A stretch of DNA of 64,000 nucleotides from an uncultured Eggerthella sp. (GTDB taxonomy: Bacteria > Actinomycetota > Coriobacteriia > Coriobacteriales > Eggerthellaceae): the NCBI GenBank assembly GCA_900551155.1, contig URVA01000001.1:7598-71597 (forward strand). The letters are read 5' to 3'. How positions within the stretch are numbered: the stretch's first letter is position 1; each line of letters opens with the position of its first letter. This document shows positions 50,365-61,164 of the stretch, in pieces. The notes under the pieces were generated by a model. That model did no database searches and was not told the DNA's origin. It was given only the letters and a program-made list of their open reading frames with translations. Both the position numbers and the translations under genes were made by a program.

Positions 50365-51468
50365 ATGATCGTAACGGTCGAGCAAACAATCCAAAAACAT
50401 GCCTTGTTTAATTCGGCAACACCTGTGGTCTTGATGGTTTCTGGCGGTTCGGACTCCACGGCGCTTGCCTATGTAATGCATGATTTATTTAAACGCAACC
50501 TTGTTGGCCAGCCCGCCATTCTTCATGTGAATCATAAGCTTCGCGGAGCGGATGCCGACCAAGATCAGTACTTTGTTCAACAGCTTGCAAATAAACTTGA
50601 TATTCCTTTTTTCGCTTGCGAAATTAATGTGGCAGCTCTCGCGCAGGAATCGGGTGGAAATATTGAGGCCATCGGGCGAAGTGAACGATACATTGCTGCC
50701 CAACAGGCACTGGAAAGTCTGTGCCGCCATGTGATGGTGCCCATATCTGAAGGGCGCATTGTCACTGCTCATACACAAGATGATCGGGTGGAAAATTTTT
50801 ACATGCGCTCAATTGTAGGAACAGGACCAGGCGGTTTTCGCTCTATGCTGTATCGCAATGGCGCCATTGTTCGCCCGTGTTTAGATGTGTCGCGCGAACA
50901 GTTGCGGCAATATATTCAAGATTTGCCGCAAGATGCCGTTGTTGTTGACGAGCAGGGTAATCGTTGGCGTGAAGATGCTACCAATGCGCATACCGACAGA
51001 TTCCGTGCTTTCGTTCGCCACGAGATAATTCCTAAGGCAAAGCAACGCAATTCTCAGCTGCTTGACACCTTGTGCCGAACGATGAATTTAATCGCCGATG
51101 AAGACGACTATCTTGATAACCAGGCAAAAGAAATCACAGAAAAGCATCTTGAATGGATAGGCTTGCAGGAAGACGGAACATATGACGGGTGTCTGTTCCT
51201 TCCTGAATTTGGTAGCGTCGCGCGCCCATTGCAGCGTCGTGTAGTTTTGTCAGTGCTAGAGATATTCGTAGGTAGGGAAGCACGTATTGAGTCATCTACC
51301 ATAGAAGCGCTGCTTTCTGCCTTTGACGAAACGGGCAAGCCTATCAGCGGATACGTTACGAATATTCAAGGCGATTTAGCGGTAAGTGCCAATAAGCGTG
51401 GGGTTTTGGTTGAGCCTATGGCAGTATTTAGAGCACGTCGAAAGCCCAATAAAGCAACGAATTCTTAA
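50365..51468 (+). CDS. tilS: tRNA(Ile)-lysidine synthase
   Basis: SGGSDS PP-loop, HVNHKLRG, TAHTQDD, EDATN; tilS-hpt-ftsH synteny. Confidence 0.93.
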   Translation: MIVTVEQTIQKHALFNSATPVVLMVSGGSDSTALAYVMHDLFKRNLVGQPAILHVNHKLRGADADQDQYFVQQLANKLDIPFFACEINVAALAQESGGNIEAIGRSERYIAAQQALESLCRHVMVPISEGRIVTAHTQDDRVENFYMRSIVGTGPGGFRSMLYRNGAIVRPCLDVSREQLRQYIQDLPQDAVVVDEQGNRWREDATNAHTDRFRAFVRHEIIPKAKQRNSQLLDTLCRTMNLIADEDDYLDNQAKEITEKHLEWIGLQEDGTYDGCLFLPEFGSVARPLQRRVVLSVLEIFVGREARIESSTIEALLSAFDETGKPISGYVTNIQGDLAVSANKRGVLVEPMAVFRARRKPNKATNS

Positions 51469-51618
51469 GAGCTAACGTGTTGGGCGCCTTTTTGAGACAA
51501 ACGTATGCGTGCGCTATTATCGAACCGAACTGGTGCGCACGTTTTTTGACAGTATTGAAAGAAAGATACAAACGTGATGCCTGTTTCGCTAACAAGGTGT
51601 CAGCTGTAAGGAGAATAC

Positions 51619-52302
51619 ATGGCAACCGTATCTATTCCCGTAAACGTAATTTTGGCTTCTAAAAGCCCTCGAAGAAAGCAGCTGCTTGAAGATGCAGGCG
51701 TGAAGTTTACGGTATTTACAGGATCGTCCGAAGTTGATGAATCGCTCGAACCTGATCTGCGTGCGCAACCAGCTGAAGCGGTTAAAAAACTTGCTGAACG
51801 TAAAGCAGGTGCGGTGGTCCAGGAAATCCTTGCAAGCAATCCTGTGGGTCTCGGTATCGTCATTGGTGCAGATACTACCGTAGTGCTTGACGGCGAAATG
51901 TTTGGCAAGCCATACAGCGCCGATCATGCGCGTGAAATGCTCGGCCGCCTTTCTGGTAGAACTCATGAGGTTATTACGGGTGTTTCTGTGTGGATGATCT
52001 TGCTGAATGAAACCGAAGAAAAGGGCGGCGACGGAAAGGTATCGCTGGCATTTCGTTCCTTTACTGAATCAAGTTTCGTTACCTTCAAAGAGCTTTCAAA
52101 AGAAGACATTAATGCCTATGTTGCAACAGGCGAGACTATCGATAAGGCTGGTGCCTACGGAATCCAAGGCAAGGGCGGCAGCCTGGTGGAAAAGTATGAA
52201 GGCGATTTCAATAATATCGTGGGATTACCAGTGGATACCCTGCTCAAAAACTTCCCTGATATTCTGAAGGAATCCATCGAGGCAGAAGTGGCAGAACAGT
52301 GA
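51619..52302 (+). CDS. maf: Maf family nucleoside triphosphate pyrophosphatase
   Basis: ILASKSPRR, GADTTV, GKP, DKAGAYGIQG, VGLP. Confidence 0.93.
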   Translation: MATVSIPVNVILASKSPRRKQLLEDAGVKFTVFTGSSEVDESLEPDLRAQPAEAVKKLAERKAGAVVQEILASNPVGLGIVIGADTTVVLDGEMFGKPYSADHAREMLGRLSGRTHEVITGVSVWMILLNETEEKGGDGKVSLAFRSFTESSFVTFKELSKEDINAYVATGETIDKAGAYGIQGKGGSLVEKYEGDFNNIVGLPVDTLLKNFPDILKESIEAEVAEQ

Positions 52303-52420
52303 AGATTTGCTGCAGAACAGTGACAGCAATCTTTCATGTTTAACGTGATTGGTCTGCTTTTGTTACACTAAGCGACGTGTATTTATAATCAAGCTCACTC
52401 TAGGGTGGGAAGAAAGGCAA

Positions 52421-52966
52421 ATGGTGGGGCTACATCCTGATCTGGATCGCGTTCTTTTTACGGAGGACGAAATCCGCAACCGCGTCAAAGAATTAGGCGC
52501 GCGCATTACGCAGGACTATGCTGGGGAACGTATTGTTGTTGTTTCCATACTTCGCGGTGCAGCTATTTTTATGGCTGATCTGGTTCGTGAAATTAAACTG
52601 CCTCTTGAAATGGACTTCATGGCAGTTTCTTCTTACGGCAATGCTGCGAAAAGTTCTGGCGAAGTCCGCGTATTGAAAGATCTAACAAACCCCATTGCTG
52701 GCAAGCATGTCATTATTGCAGAAGATGTTTTGGATAGCGGGCTTACGCTTCGCTATTTGATGAAGGAGCTAGAATCACGCAATCCAGCTTCTTTGGAAAT
52801 TGCAATGCTTCTGCATAAGAACACGCCTCGTCAGGCCGATATTGACTGTAAGTACATTGGTTTTGAATGTCCTGATGAATTTATTGTGGGATATGGTTTG
52901 GATTACGCAGAGCGTTATCGAAACTTGCCCTTCATCGGGGTATTGAAGCCAGAAATAATTAAGTAA
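52421..52966 (+). CDS. hpt: Hypoxanthine phosphoribosyltransferase
   Basis: ILRGA, AEDVLDSGLTL, FIVGYGLDY. Confidence 0.96.
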   Translation: MVGLHPDLDRVLFTEDEIRNRVKELGARITQDYAGERIVVVSILRGAAIFMADLVREIKLPLEMDFMAVSSYGNAAKSSGEVRVLKDLTNPIAGKHVIIAEDVLDSGLTLRYLMKELESRNPASLEIAMLLHKNTPRQADIDCKYIGFECPDEFIVGYGLDYAERYRNLPFIGVLKPEIIK

Positions 52967-53027
52967 AATCAGATCGGTGATTTTAGAATAGAGAGAGTTT
53001 CTTAAAAGATAAGGAATACAGCACTTT

Positions 53028-55427
53028 ATGGCACAGACTCCCAATCCGAAAAATCCAAAAAACTTTAAGCAGCCCAATCGGACAAACGTAGTTACTATTA
53101 TTGTGTTCCTCGTTATTGGCGTGTTCTTCCTGTTCATGATGGGTCGTACGATGACATCGGCAACAGGGGTAACCCAAACCGATGAACTGCAGACTTCTGA
53201 ATTTATGCAGGCAGTTGAACAAGGGCGCGTAAGCACTGCGGTGTATGACACGGGTTCCTACACCATTACTGGTACCTACTATCCTGCTTCTACCGCAGGT
53301 GGTGCTACGGCAGATGCGTACAACGAAGCCTTCGATGCCCTGAATTCCGAGTTGGGCACCATGACTCATGATTCTGGTCGTCTGAATATTGTCGAAACCC
53401 AGCAGCTTGCAGTTGCCAACTTGGGTTCTGAACACAACTACACGGTAACGTGGGTTGGTCAGGATTCTTTGGGTCAGCTGATGGCAGCGAATCCCGAAAT
53501 TCAGTACAGTGTTCGTCTGGCATCTCCTTGGGGATCTATCTTAGCTTCCATTTTGCCCATCCTGATTATTGCGGGCTTATTGCTGTTCTTCTTCTCTCAG
53601 ATGAACAAGGCAAATAATTCGCAAATGTCTTTCGGTAAGGCAAAATCAAAAGACTATGTTGAAGAACACCCCGATGTTAAGTTTTCTGATGTTGCGGGCG
53701 TTGACGAAGCAGTTGAGGAAATGCAGGAGATTAAGGACTTCTTGGAAAATCCTGCAAAGTATCAGTCCTTGGGCGCAAAGATTCCTCGTGGTTGTTTGCT
53801 GGTAGGCCCTCCGGGTACTGGTAAAACCTTGCTCGCTCGTGCGGTAGCAGGTGAGGCGGGCGTGCCATTCTTTAGCATTTCTGGTTCCGACTTTGTAGAA
53901 ATGTTTGTTGGTGTTGGCGCTTCGCGTGTTCGTAACCTCTTCAAGAAAGCAAAGGAAGCTGCGCCGTCTATTATCTTTATCGACGAAATTGACGCCGTTG
54001 GTCGTCAGCGTGGCGCAGGTCTTGGTGGCGGTCATGATGAACGCGAACAGACCCTGAACCAGTTGCTGGTAGAAATGGACGGCTTTGAAGCAAACGATTC
54101 TGTTGTATTGATTGCTGCTACCAACCGTGCTGACGTTTTGGACCCAGCATTGCTGCGTCCTGGTCGTTTTGACCGTCAGATCGTGGTAGACGTTCCTGAT
54201 GTTAAGGGTCGTGAAAAGATCCTGAACGTTCATGCAGCAAACAAACCATTAAGCGATGACGTTGACTTGGTAAGCTTGGCTAAGCTGACTCCTGGTTTCT
54301 CTGGTGCGGACTTGGCAAACTTGCTTAACGAAGCTGCAATTTTGACGGCTCGCCGTAACAAGCGCGTAATTTCCAACAAGGAAGTTCAGGATTCTATGGA
54401 GCGTGTTATTGCTGGTCCTGAACGCAAGGGCAGGGTCTTGGACAAGCAGACGCGTACCACTATTGCTTATCATGAATCTGGTCATGCGCTTGTTGGTCAC
54501 TTGCTTGAAAACGCCGATCCTGTTCATAAGATTTCGATTATTTCGCGCGGTCGTGCACTGGGCTATACCTTGTCTATTCCTGACGAGGATAAGGTGCTCA
54601 ACAGCCGCAATCAGATGCGCGATGAATTGGCAGTGTTCCTTGGTGGCCGTGTGGCAGAAGAATTGTTCTGCGACGACATTACGACAGGTGCTTCTAACGA
54701 CCTCGAACGCGCTACCAAGATGGCTCGCTCTATGGTTACCAATTACGGCATGAGCTCTGAATTGGGTGTTCAGGTATTTGGTCAGCCAAACCATGAAGTG
54801 TTCTTGGGTCGCGATTATGGCAATACTCAGGACTACTCTGATGATACGGCACGTCGTATCGACGATGAAGTAGCTCGCATTATGAAGGAAGCCCACGACC
54901 GTGCTGAATCAATCCTGTCTGCTCATCGCGATCAGATGGATTTGATGGCATCGGTTTTGCTTGAGCGCGAAACGGTTGATGGCAAGGCATGCCAGGCATT
55001 GCTTGATAATCGTTGGGATGAATACCTTCAGGAGGAAAAGAAGGAAGTCGAACAGCGTAAGCTTGAAGAAGAAAAAGCTCAGGCAGAAGCTCCTCAGGGC
55101 TCCGTTGACCAGAGTGGAGCTCAGGGTGGATCCGATCTGCTTGCACCAACGGGTAATCCACAGGTACCTGCATCGGGTAATGGTTCTCAGCCTATGATGC
55201 CTGCTTCGGAGCAGCCTGCTCAACCGACGCAGCATCAGCCATTCCCGCCTTCGGCAACGAATCCTTCTCGTCCAAGGCGTCCTATGCCTATTGATTTGGT
55301 AAATACCCATCCTGAGCAAAAGCAGCCTACTGAACCTGCTCAGCCACAGCAGCCTGCGCAACCTCAGCAACCTGTTCCAGACACTGACCAGCCTGCAGGC
55401 TCTGATACCACTCAGGACAACAAGTAA
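53028..55427 (+). CDS. ftsH: ATP-dependent zinc metalloprotease FtsH with Pro/Gln-rich tail
   Basis: Two TM helices, [15 protein letters not shown], second region of homology, HESGH. Confidence 0.98.
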   Translation: MAQTPNPKNPKNFKQPNRTNVVTIIVFLVIGVFFLFMMGRTMTSATGVTQTDELQTSEFMQAVEQGRVSTAVYDTGSYTITGTYYPASTAGGATADAYNEAFDALNSELGTMTHDSGRLNIVETQQLAVANLGSEHNYTVTWVGQDSLGQLMAANPEIQYSVRLASPWGSILASILPILIIAGLLLFFFSQMNKANNSQMSFGKAKSKDYVEEHPDVKFSDVAGVDEAVEEMQEIKDFLENPAKYQSLGAKIPRGCLLVGPPGTGKTLLARAVAGEAGVPFFSISGSDFVEMFVGVGASRVRNLFKKAKEAAPSIIFIDEIDAVGRQRGAGLGGGHDEREQTLNQLLVEMDGFEANDSVVLIAATNRADVLDPALLRPGRFDRQIVVDVPDVKGREKILNVHAANKPLSDDVDLVSLAKLTPGFSGADLANLLNEAAILTARRNKRVISNKEVQDSMERVIAGPERKGRVLDKQTRTTIAYHESGHALVGHLLENADPVHKISIISRGRALGYTLSIPDEDKVLNSRNQMRDELAVFLGGRVAEELFCDDITTGASNDLERATKMARSMVTNYGMSSELGVQVFGQPNHEVFLGRDYGNTQDYSDDTARRIDDEVARIMKEAHDRAESILSAHRDQMDLMASVLLERETVDGKACQALLDNRWDEYLQEEKKEVEQRKLEEEKAQAEAPQGSVDQSGAQGGSDLLAPTGNPQVPASGNGSQPMMPASEQPAQPTQHQPFPPSATNPSRPRRPMPIDLVNTHPEQKQPTEPAQPQQPAQPQQPVPDTDQPAGSDTTQDNK

Positions 55428-55466
55428 TAACAAGACAGACGACAAACGTTTTACTACACACGAGGC

Positions 55467-55494
55467 GCCCCGAGCAATTCGCTCGGGGCTTTTT
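55467..55494 (+). terminator. Intrinsic terminator between ftsH and folP
   Basis: GCCCCGAGC/GCTCGGGGC stem plus TTTTT. Confidence 0.8.
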
Positions 55495-55505
55495 GGAGGA
55501 ATAGC

Positions 55506-56819
55506 ATGATTTGGCGATGCGGCTCTTATTCGTTTGATTCCAGAACTCCCGTAATTATGGGAATACTAAACGTTACTCCTGATTCTTTTTCTGATGGAGG
55601 ATCGTATGCTTCTATAGATGAGGCGGTAGCAGCTGGTCGCCAAATGATTGAAGATGGTGCTCTTATTGTTGATGTAGGCGGAGAATCCACCCGTCCTGGT
55701 GCAGATCCCGTCTCGGAAGAAGAAGAGCTCAAGCGCGTTTTAGAGGTTGTGCGACGCTTGGCTGATGAAGACATATGCGTTAGCATCGACACGCGCCATG
55801 CGTCTGTTGCCAAAGCATGCGTAGAGGCAGGCGCAAGCATTATCAATGATGTTACGGGTTTTCGTGATCCAGAAATGGTTAAGGTAGCAGCATCGTGCGA
55901 TGCGGGTCTTGTAGTAATGCACATGAAGGGTGACGATCCACGCACTATGCAAAATGAGCCAGAATATACCGATGTCGTTGATGAGGTTCTGACCTATTTG
56001 AAAGATCGCGCTAATCAGCTTGAACAGGCAGGAATTAGCCGCGATCGAATTTGTTTAGATCCTGGTCCTGGTTTTGGTAAAACCGCAAAGCAGACCATTC
56101 AGCTTATGCGAAACTTCCAGGAGTTTGCGCGTTTGGGATATCCCTTAATGGTGGCAGTATCTCGAAAAAGCTATATTGGCTATGCCTATGAAATTGAAGA
56201 CGCTAAGCAGCGCGATAACGCTTCTGCTGCCGAGGCATTGATGGCATGCGAATTGGGCGCATCGATTGTTCGCACCCATAATGTTCCTCTTACGGTGAAA
56301 TCTATTGAAGAAAACTTGCGACCTTACGTCTTTATTGGCATGGGCTGCAACGTTGCTCTGGTCGCCGATGAGGGCGAGGAACTTGAAGGCAAAAAAGCAA
56401 TGCTTAATCAGGCGATTTCTGATATGTGTATGCTGCCCGATTCTCAGATTGTTGATATCTCCAGCTTTTATGAGAGCGAGCCAGCATACTTTGAAGATCA
56501 GGATACCTTCGTTAATGCGGTGGTTCTTTTACGAACTGGTTTACCTCCACAAGAGCTTTTGCGCTACTTGCAGGCAATTGAGCAGAGTTTAGGACGTGTA
56601 CGGGAACGCGAAAACGGCCCACGTACCTGCGATTTGGACATTCTTGATTATCAGGGCTACGTGTGCGAACACGAAATTCTGACTTTGCCTCATCCCTTGC
56701 TCCATGAGCGCGATTTCGTGGTTAAGCCTTTGCTCGAGCTTGCTCCGCGTCATGAATTGGCAAACGGCACAAAGGTAAGCCTTGATAGCGTCAAGGTAGG
56801 CAAGGCATGGAAGTGCTAA
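55506..56819 (+). CDS. folP: Dihydropteroate synthase-HPPK fusion (FolP-FolK)
   Basis: N-terminal NVTPDSFSDGG, GESTRPG, DPG, SRKS; C-terminal IGMGCN, YESEP, GPRTCDLDIL, LPHP. Confidence 0.93.
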   Translation: MIWRCGSYSFDSRTPVIMGILNVTPDSFSDGGSYASIDEAVAAGRQMIEDGALIVDVGGESTRPGADPVSEEEELKRVLEVVRRLADEDICVSIDTRHASVAKACVEAGASIINDVTGFRDPEMVKVAASCDAGLVVMHMKGDDPRTMQNEPEYTDVVDEVLTYLKDRANQLEQAGISRDRICLDPGPGFGKTAKQTIQLMRNFQEFARLGYPLMVAVSRKSYIGYAYEIEDAKQRDNASAAEALMACELGASIVRTHNVPLTVKSIEENLRPYVFIGMGCNVALVADEGEELEGKKAMLNQAISDMCMLPDSQIVDISSFYESEPAYFEDQDTFVNAVVLLRTGLPPQELLRYLQAIEQSLGRVRERENGPRTCDLDILDYQGYVCEHEILTLPHPLLHERDFVVKPLLELAPRHELANGTKVSLDSVKVGKAWKC

Positions 56820-57601
56820 CTAATTCCAAAATTCAATGGGATATTCAATCGTACGAATGCGTTGATTCGACGAACCGAATCGTAAAGCAAGCACTTGCCG
56901 CAGGAGTAAAAGAAGGGTTCGGAGCAACAGCGTTTCAGCAACAAGGCGGCTATGGTAGGCAGGGTCGCGTATGGGAAAGCCCCGTAGGTGGTTTATATGC
57001 CTCGCTTGCATTTCGCCCTGCGGAAAAGGGAATCCCTTTTGAAAATATTCCTCTTTTAAGTTTGGTTATGTCACTTGCAGTAGCTCAGGCTTTGGAATCT
57101 TTGGTTGAAGATGCTTCAAAGATTGCTATCAAATGGCCCAATGATGTGCTCTATGATGGCGGAAAAATCGCTGGTATTTCGCTTGAGGCTGTATCGGGTG
57201 GAATTTGCGTGGGTGTTGGCATCAATCTTTTCCCCAATACCAATACTGGTGAAGTTTTGGGGAAATACCGTCTTTCATATGTGAGAAATGAAGTTGTTCG
57301 GGATGAGCTTTCGGTTGGGCAACGCGATTACATGAGTGAAGCACTTCGCGTGTTACTAAAAGAAATTGCTTGCGCCTATGAGCAATGGGTTGGGGAAGGC
57401 TTTGCTCCGTTTATAGATAGCTATCGCAGTTCGATGGCATTTTTAGGTAGCGCGGTGTGCTTAGAAGCAATAGACGGTTCGATTCTTTGCGAAGGCGTTA
57501 TCGAAGGCGTGGATGACGAAGGGCGACTTCTTGTTCGGACTCCATTGGGAGAGGTACTTCACGCGAATTCGGGCGAGGTACATATAAAGACTTTGCAATA
57601 G
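56807..57601 (+). CDS. birA: Biotin--protein ligase (no HTH domain)
   Basis: DSTN, GYGRQGRVW, KWPNDV, KIAGI, SGEV. Confidence 0.9.
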   Translation: MEVLTNSKIQWDIQSYECVDSTNRIVKQALAAGVKEGFGATAFQQQGGYGRQGRVWESPVGGLYASLAFRPAEKGIPFENIPLLSLVMSLAVAQALESLVEDASKIAIKWPNDVLYDGGKIAGISLEAVSGGICVGVGINLFPNTNTGEVLGKYRLSYVRNEVVRDELSVGQRDYMSEALRVLLKEIACAYEQWVGEGFAPFIDSYRSSMAFLGSAVCLEAIDGSILCEGVIEGVDDEGRLLVRTPLGEVLHANSGEVHIKTLQ

Positions 57602-57609
57602 TTCGGAAT

Positions 57610-58212
57610 TTAAAACAGCAGCGCCTTTAGGCCGATAAGAATAAGCACGATACCGCCGATAATGGTTGCACGATCGCCCAAAACACTTCCGAAGCGGCGT
57701 CCTATTATCAGCGCAACCAAGCAGACGAACGCGGTAGTAAGAGCAATAATACTTGCCGAAAATGCCACATTTACCGAAAGTGCTGCGAAACTGACTCCTA
57801 CCGCAAGGGCGTCGATGCTGGTAGCGATTGCCTGGAGTGCCAATACGGGCATTGTTAAAGTTTGACCAGATGAGTTAATAGAATTGGCTTGCTTGTTATC
57901 GCTTGGGTTTTGAATAGATGAAGTAATATCTTCGGTTTCTTCGTGGAAAACATCCCATATCATTTTGGCGCCAATAAAACCTAGGATGGCAAAGGTAATA
58001 ATGCCTGCATACTGCGAAATAACATCGCTAACAAGTCTGCCTAAAACATAGCCAATACAGGGCATGATGCCCTGGAATAGACCAAAAGTTATAGGCATCA
58101 TAAGGTTTCGAAGCTTCGAATTTCCCTGATAAATAAACGTATTTGAAATTGTGACAGCAAATGCATCCATGGCGAGCGCTAAGCCTAGGAGCACGATTTC
58201 GGTTATGGTCAC
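57610..58212 (-). CDS. mntP: Manganese efflux pump MntP
   Basis: LALAMDAFAV, FGLFQ, ATSIDALAVG; GTG start after GAGG. Confidence 0.9.
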   Translation of the reverse strand: MTITEIVLLGLALAMDAFAVTISNTFIYQGNSKLRNLMMPITFGLFQGIMPCIGYVLGRLVSDVISQYAGIITFAILGFIGAKMIWDVFHEETEDITSSIQNPSDNKQANSINSSGQTLTMPVLALQAIATSIDALAVGVSFAALSVNVAFSASIIALTTAFVCLVALIIGRRFGSVLGDRATIIGGIVLILIGLKALLF

Positions 58213-58565
58213 AACGGGTCCTCTCTTCGCAGTTTGACCACTATAGGACATCTTTTCTGTGCAAGAAACCTTAAATGCAAAATTTTACGAATAGTAACTT
58301 TGGGGATGGCGTATTGGAGATGGCGTAGGTGCCGTTTGCCGTCCGCAGGCGAGAGCTACACGCTTTATACAAGACAATACTTCAGTAAAGATTATTGATG
58401 CTCTTTGAATGGTATGGCGCTTGCGTGTTCGCAGTGGGATAATAGCGCGTGCTTGTGAGCAGCAAGGAGGGAATTGGGGCTCTCTGAAAGTGACGAAGGA
58501 ACAAGCCGCTTGTACCGTGACAAATGACCTGATTTATCACGAAGCGGCATATTAAAGGAAACTTA

Positions 58566-60131
58566 ATGACCGACCAAGACAACGAAGTGATGCAAACAAA
58601 CGAAGAAAATGAGGCGAGCAAATCCGAGGTAACGTTCGCTAAGGGCTCCCTTCACAAAGGCGATACTCCAAAGCCTGGGCAAAAGCTCCACAAGGGCGAT
58701 GCGCGCACTGCACGCATGGGAACAGGTTCTATTCCAAAGCTCATCATGGAATTTGCAATTCCTTCTATCGTGGGCATGCTGGTAAATGGCGCATATAACG
58801 TCATTGACTCCATCTTCCTTGGTCAGGCAATGGGAGAAATTGGTCTTTCAGTTGCAACAGCAGCAATGCCGCTCATGACCATATTCATGGCGCTTGCAAT
58901 GCTTATTGGCAATGGTGGAAATGCGCTTGCTGCGCTTCGTTTGGGTGAAGGCAATAAGGATGCCGCAGAAAAAAGTTTAGGCAACACGGTGTGCTTAGGT
59001 ATCGTTGCAGCAATTCTTGTGGCAATACTTATTCATATTCCGCCCTGCGTTGAGGCAATCCTTACGCTTTCGAGTGTTACGCCAGAGATTCGCGATTACA
59101 CCTATTCGTTTATGTATATTCTTGCGCTTGGTTTTATCTTCCAATTAATTGGTGCAGGTGTTAATAATTTCATTCGTACTGCAGGCGCTCCAAATCGTGC
59201 TTTGGGAACTATGGTAATTGGCACGGTTTCTTGCGTTGTGCTGAACTACTTATTCGTTTTGGTATTTAGCTGGGGAGTGGTAGGAAGCGCTTTAGCTACC
59301 GTTCTTGGCCAAGCTGTTTCGTGCATTAGTGTGCTGTGGTATTTCCTCTTTACGAAAGATGTTGCCTTTAAGCTGTATGCTCGCAATCTAAAACTTGAGG
59401 CAGAAATCGTAGGCCTTATTATTTCTTTGGGTGCTGCAAGCTTTATCATGCAGCTTGCTATGTCCGTTATCAATTTCTTGGTGAACTATTTGCTGGTTAT
59501 GTATGGCGGTCAGTCTCCGCTTGGCGCAGAAGCAGCACTTGCCTCAATTGGCGTTGTTCAGCGTTGCGCTATGTTTGCTGTACTGCCTTTGATTGGTATT
59601 GCGATTGCTATTCAGCCTTTGCTTGGCTACAACTATGGTGCAAGTTTAATTTCTCGTGTTCGCAGCACTCTTGGGTATGGCATTTTGATTGCTACTATTT
59701 TTGGCACCGTGATGTGGGCTCTTATTCATATCTTTGCGTTTGATATCGTTTCATTCTTCGGTATTCGCGATGATGCTCTTCGTGAATTTACGGTCTTCGC
59801 GCTCAACGTTCAGGTTTTGGTTTTGCCTGTAGTAGGTATGCAAATTGTTACTTCGAACTATTTCCAAGCAACAGGCCAGCCGATAAAGTCGGTCATTTTG
59901 TCCCTTACCAGACAAGTACTTTTCCTTATTCCACTTTATATTGTGTTACCAATTGTTCTTCCGTATATTGCACCAGGACTTACCAGTTTGGATGCACTGT
60001 ACTTCGCTGTTCCTATCGCAGATATATTGGCAATTATCACTTCGCTCATTTTCATTTTCTTCGAACTGAAGCGCTTGAAGGGAATTGAAGCAGGAACAAT
60101 TCAGGCTAAATTCGGGAAGAAAGCCGCCTAA
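58566..60131 (+). CDS. MATE family efflux transporter
   Basis: FAIPSIVGM, YNVIDSIF, QPLLGYNYGA, FQATG; about 12 TM helices. Confidence 0.92.
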   Translation: MTDQDNEVMQTNEENEASKSEVTFAKGSLHKGDTPKPGQKLHKGDARTARMGTGSIPKLIMEFAIPSIVGMLVNGAYNVIDSIFLGQAMGEIGLSVATAAMPLMTIFMALAMLIGNGGNALAALRLGEGNKDAAEKSLGNTVCLGIVAAILVAILIHIPPCVEAILTLSSVTPEIRDYTYSFMYILALGFIFQLIGAGVNNFIRTAGAPNRALGTMVIGTVSCVVLNYLFVLVFSWGVVGSALATVLGQAVSCISVLWYFLFTKDVAFKLYARNLKLEAEIVGLIISLGAASFIMQLAMSVINFLVNYLLVMYGGQSPLGAEAALASIGVVQRCAMFAVLPLIGIAIAIQPLLGYNYGASLISRVRSTLGYGILIATIFGTVMWALIHIFAFDIVSFFGIRDDALREFTVFALNVQVLVLPVVGMQIVTSNYFQATGQPIKSVILSLTRQVLFLIPLYIVLPIVLPYIAPGLTSLDALYFAVPIADILAIITSLIFIFFELKRLKGIEAGTIQAKFGKKAA

Positions 60132-60328
60132 GGTTACTAAGTCGTAAACGTCGGCAATTTGTATGAGTGCTCGTTCTGATTTTTGATAGAATGAGCGCTC
60201 GTTTTATATACAGGATAGTTTTCTGATTTTGGCAGCTTCATAGGTGTCGCTCGTTTGTTTTGTATGCATTTGCGAATTGTCTTAAGGCTGCATAGGTGTT
60301 GGTAAATTTCTCTAAGAAGAGGTATCGC

Positions 60329-60932
60329 ATGAGTGCATCTACTTCGCATCGTTTATACGGACGTTCAACATCGATCGTCTTTTGTGCGCTGTCGATTGCT
60401 TTTATGGCAGTTTCAGCATGGATCACGATACCTTTTGGTCCCATTCCTTTTACCCTTCAGACGCTTGCGGTAATGTTTGTTCTGTTTGCGCTTAAGCCTA
60501 AAGAAGCGATGGCTGCAATTGCAGGTTATTTAATCCTAGGTGCTCTTGGCCTACCCGTGTTTTCTTCGTTTAGGGGAGGGATCGCTGCTTTAGTGGGTCC
60601 GACGGGTGGTTTTATTGTTGGATTTCTTATTGCTGGTGCGGTGGCTCTTGCGGTTGGTGCATTGGTGAAAGACAAAGGTGTTTTTTCGTCCGAGAATACA
60701 AAGTCGGTATTTGGCACTTCCATTAGAACAGGAACTCTTGCGCGTAATCTTACGATGGGTGTGATATTTCTTATTGTGCTGTATACCTTTGGTTGGGCAT
60801 GGCTTATGTATGTGGGTCATTTAAGCGGAAGCTGCTTTCATTGCGGCAGTAGCACCGTTTATCCCAATTGATGCGCTTAAGATGGTCGCTGCAGTTCTGT
60901 TGGCTCAAGCAGTATCTAGGGCAACGAAATAA
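60329..60932 (+). pseudogene. bioY: Biotin transporter BioY, frameshifted near 60827 (real lesion or sequencing error)
   Basis: PFTLQT, GLPVF, GPTGGF in the first frame; PFIPIDALK and final helix continue in another frame to TAA 60930-60932. Confidence 0.8.
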
Positions 60933-61164
60933 ATAGCTATTGGCGCACAGTTCAGAAAATACCTACATCAGACACATACCCTTCTTAAAGAGTCAGCTTC
61001 GCGCATATTCGTCCTTCAAAAAGACAAATAACGCTGCAAAAATAGCGCACACCAGTCTTACGCATCCCAAAAACATGTGGAGCTAATCTGGGGCAGCGTT
61101 TTATAAGTCTTTTTTCAGGACGGCGCTCAGAATTCCTCTTTAATAAGGGTATATATCTGATGAG

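Noticed and set aside
58213..58560. yybP-ykoY manganese riboswitch upstream of mntP
   Set aside because: I could not find the GGGGAGUAGC-type signature on the minus strand; an Infernal scan would settle it
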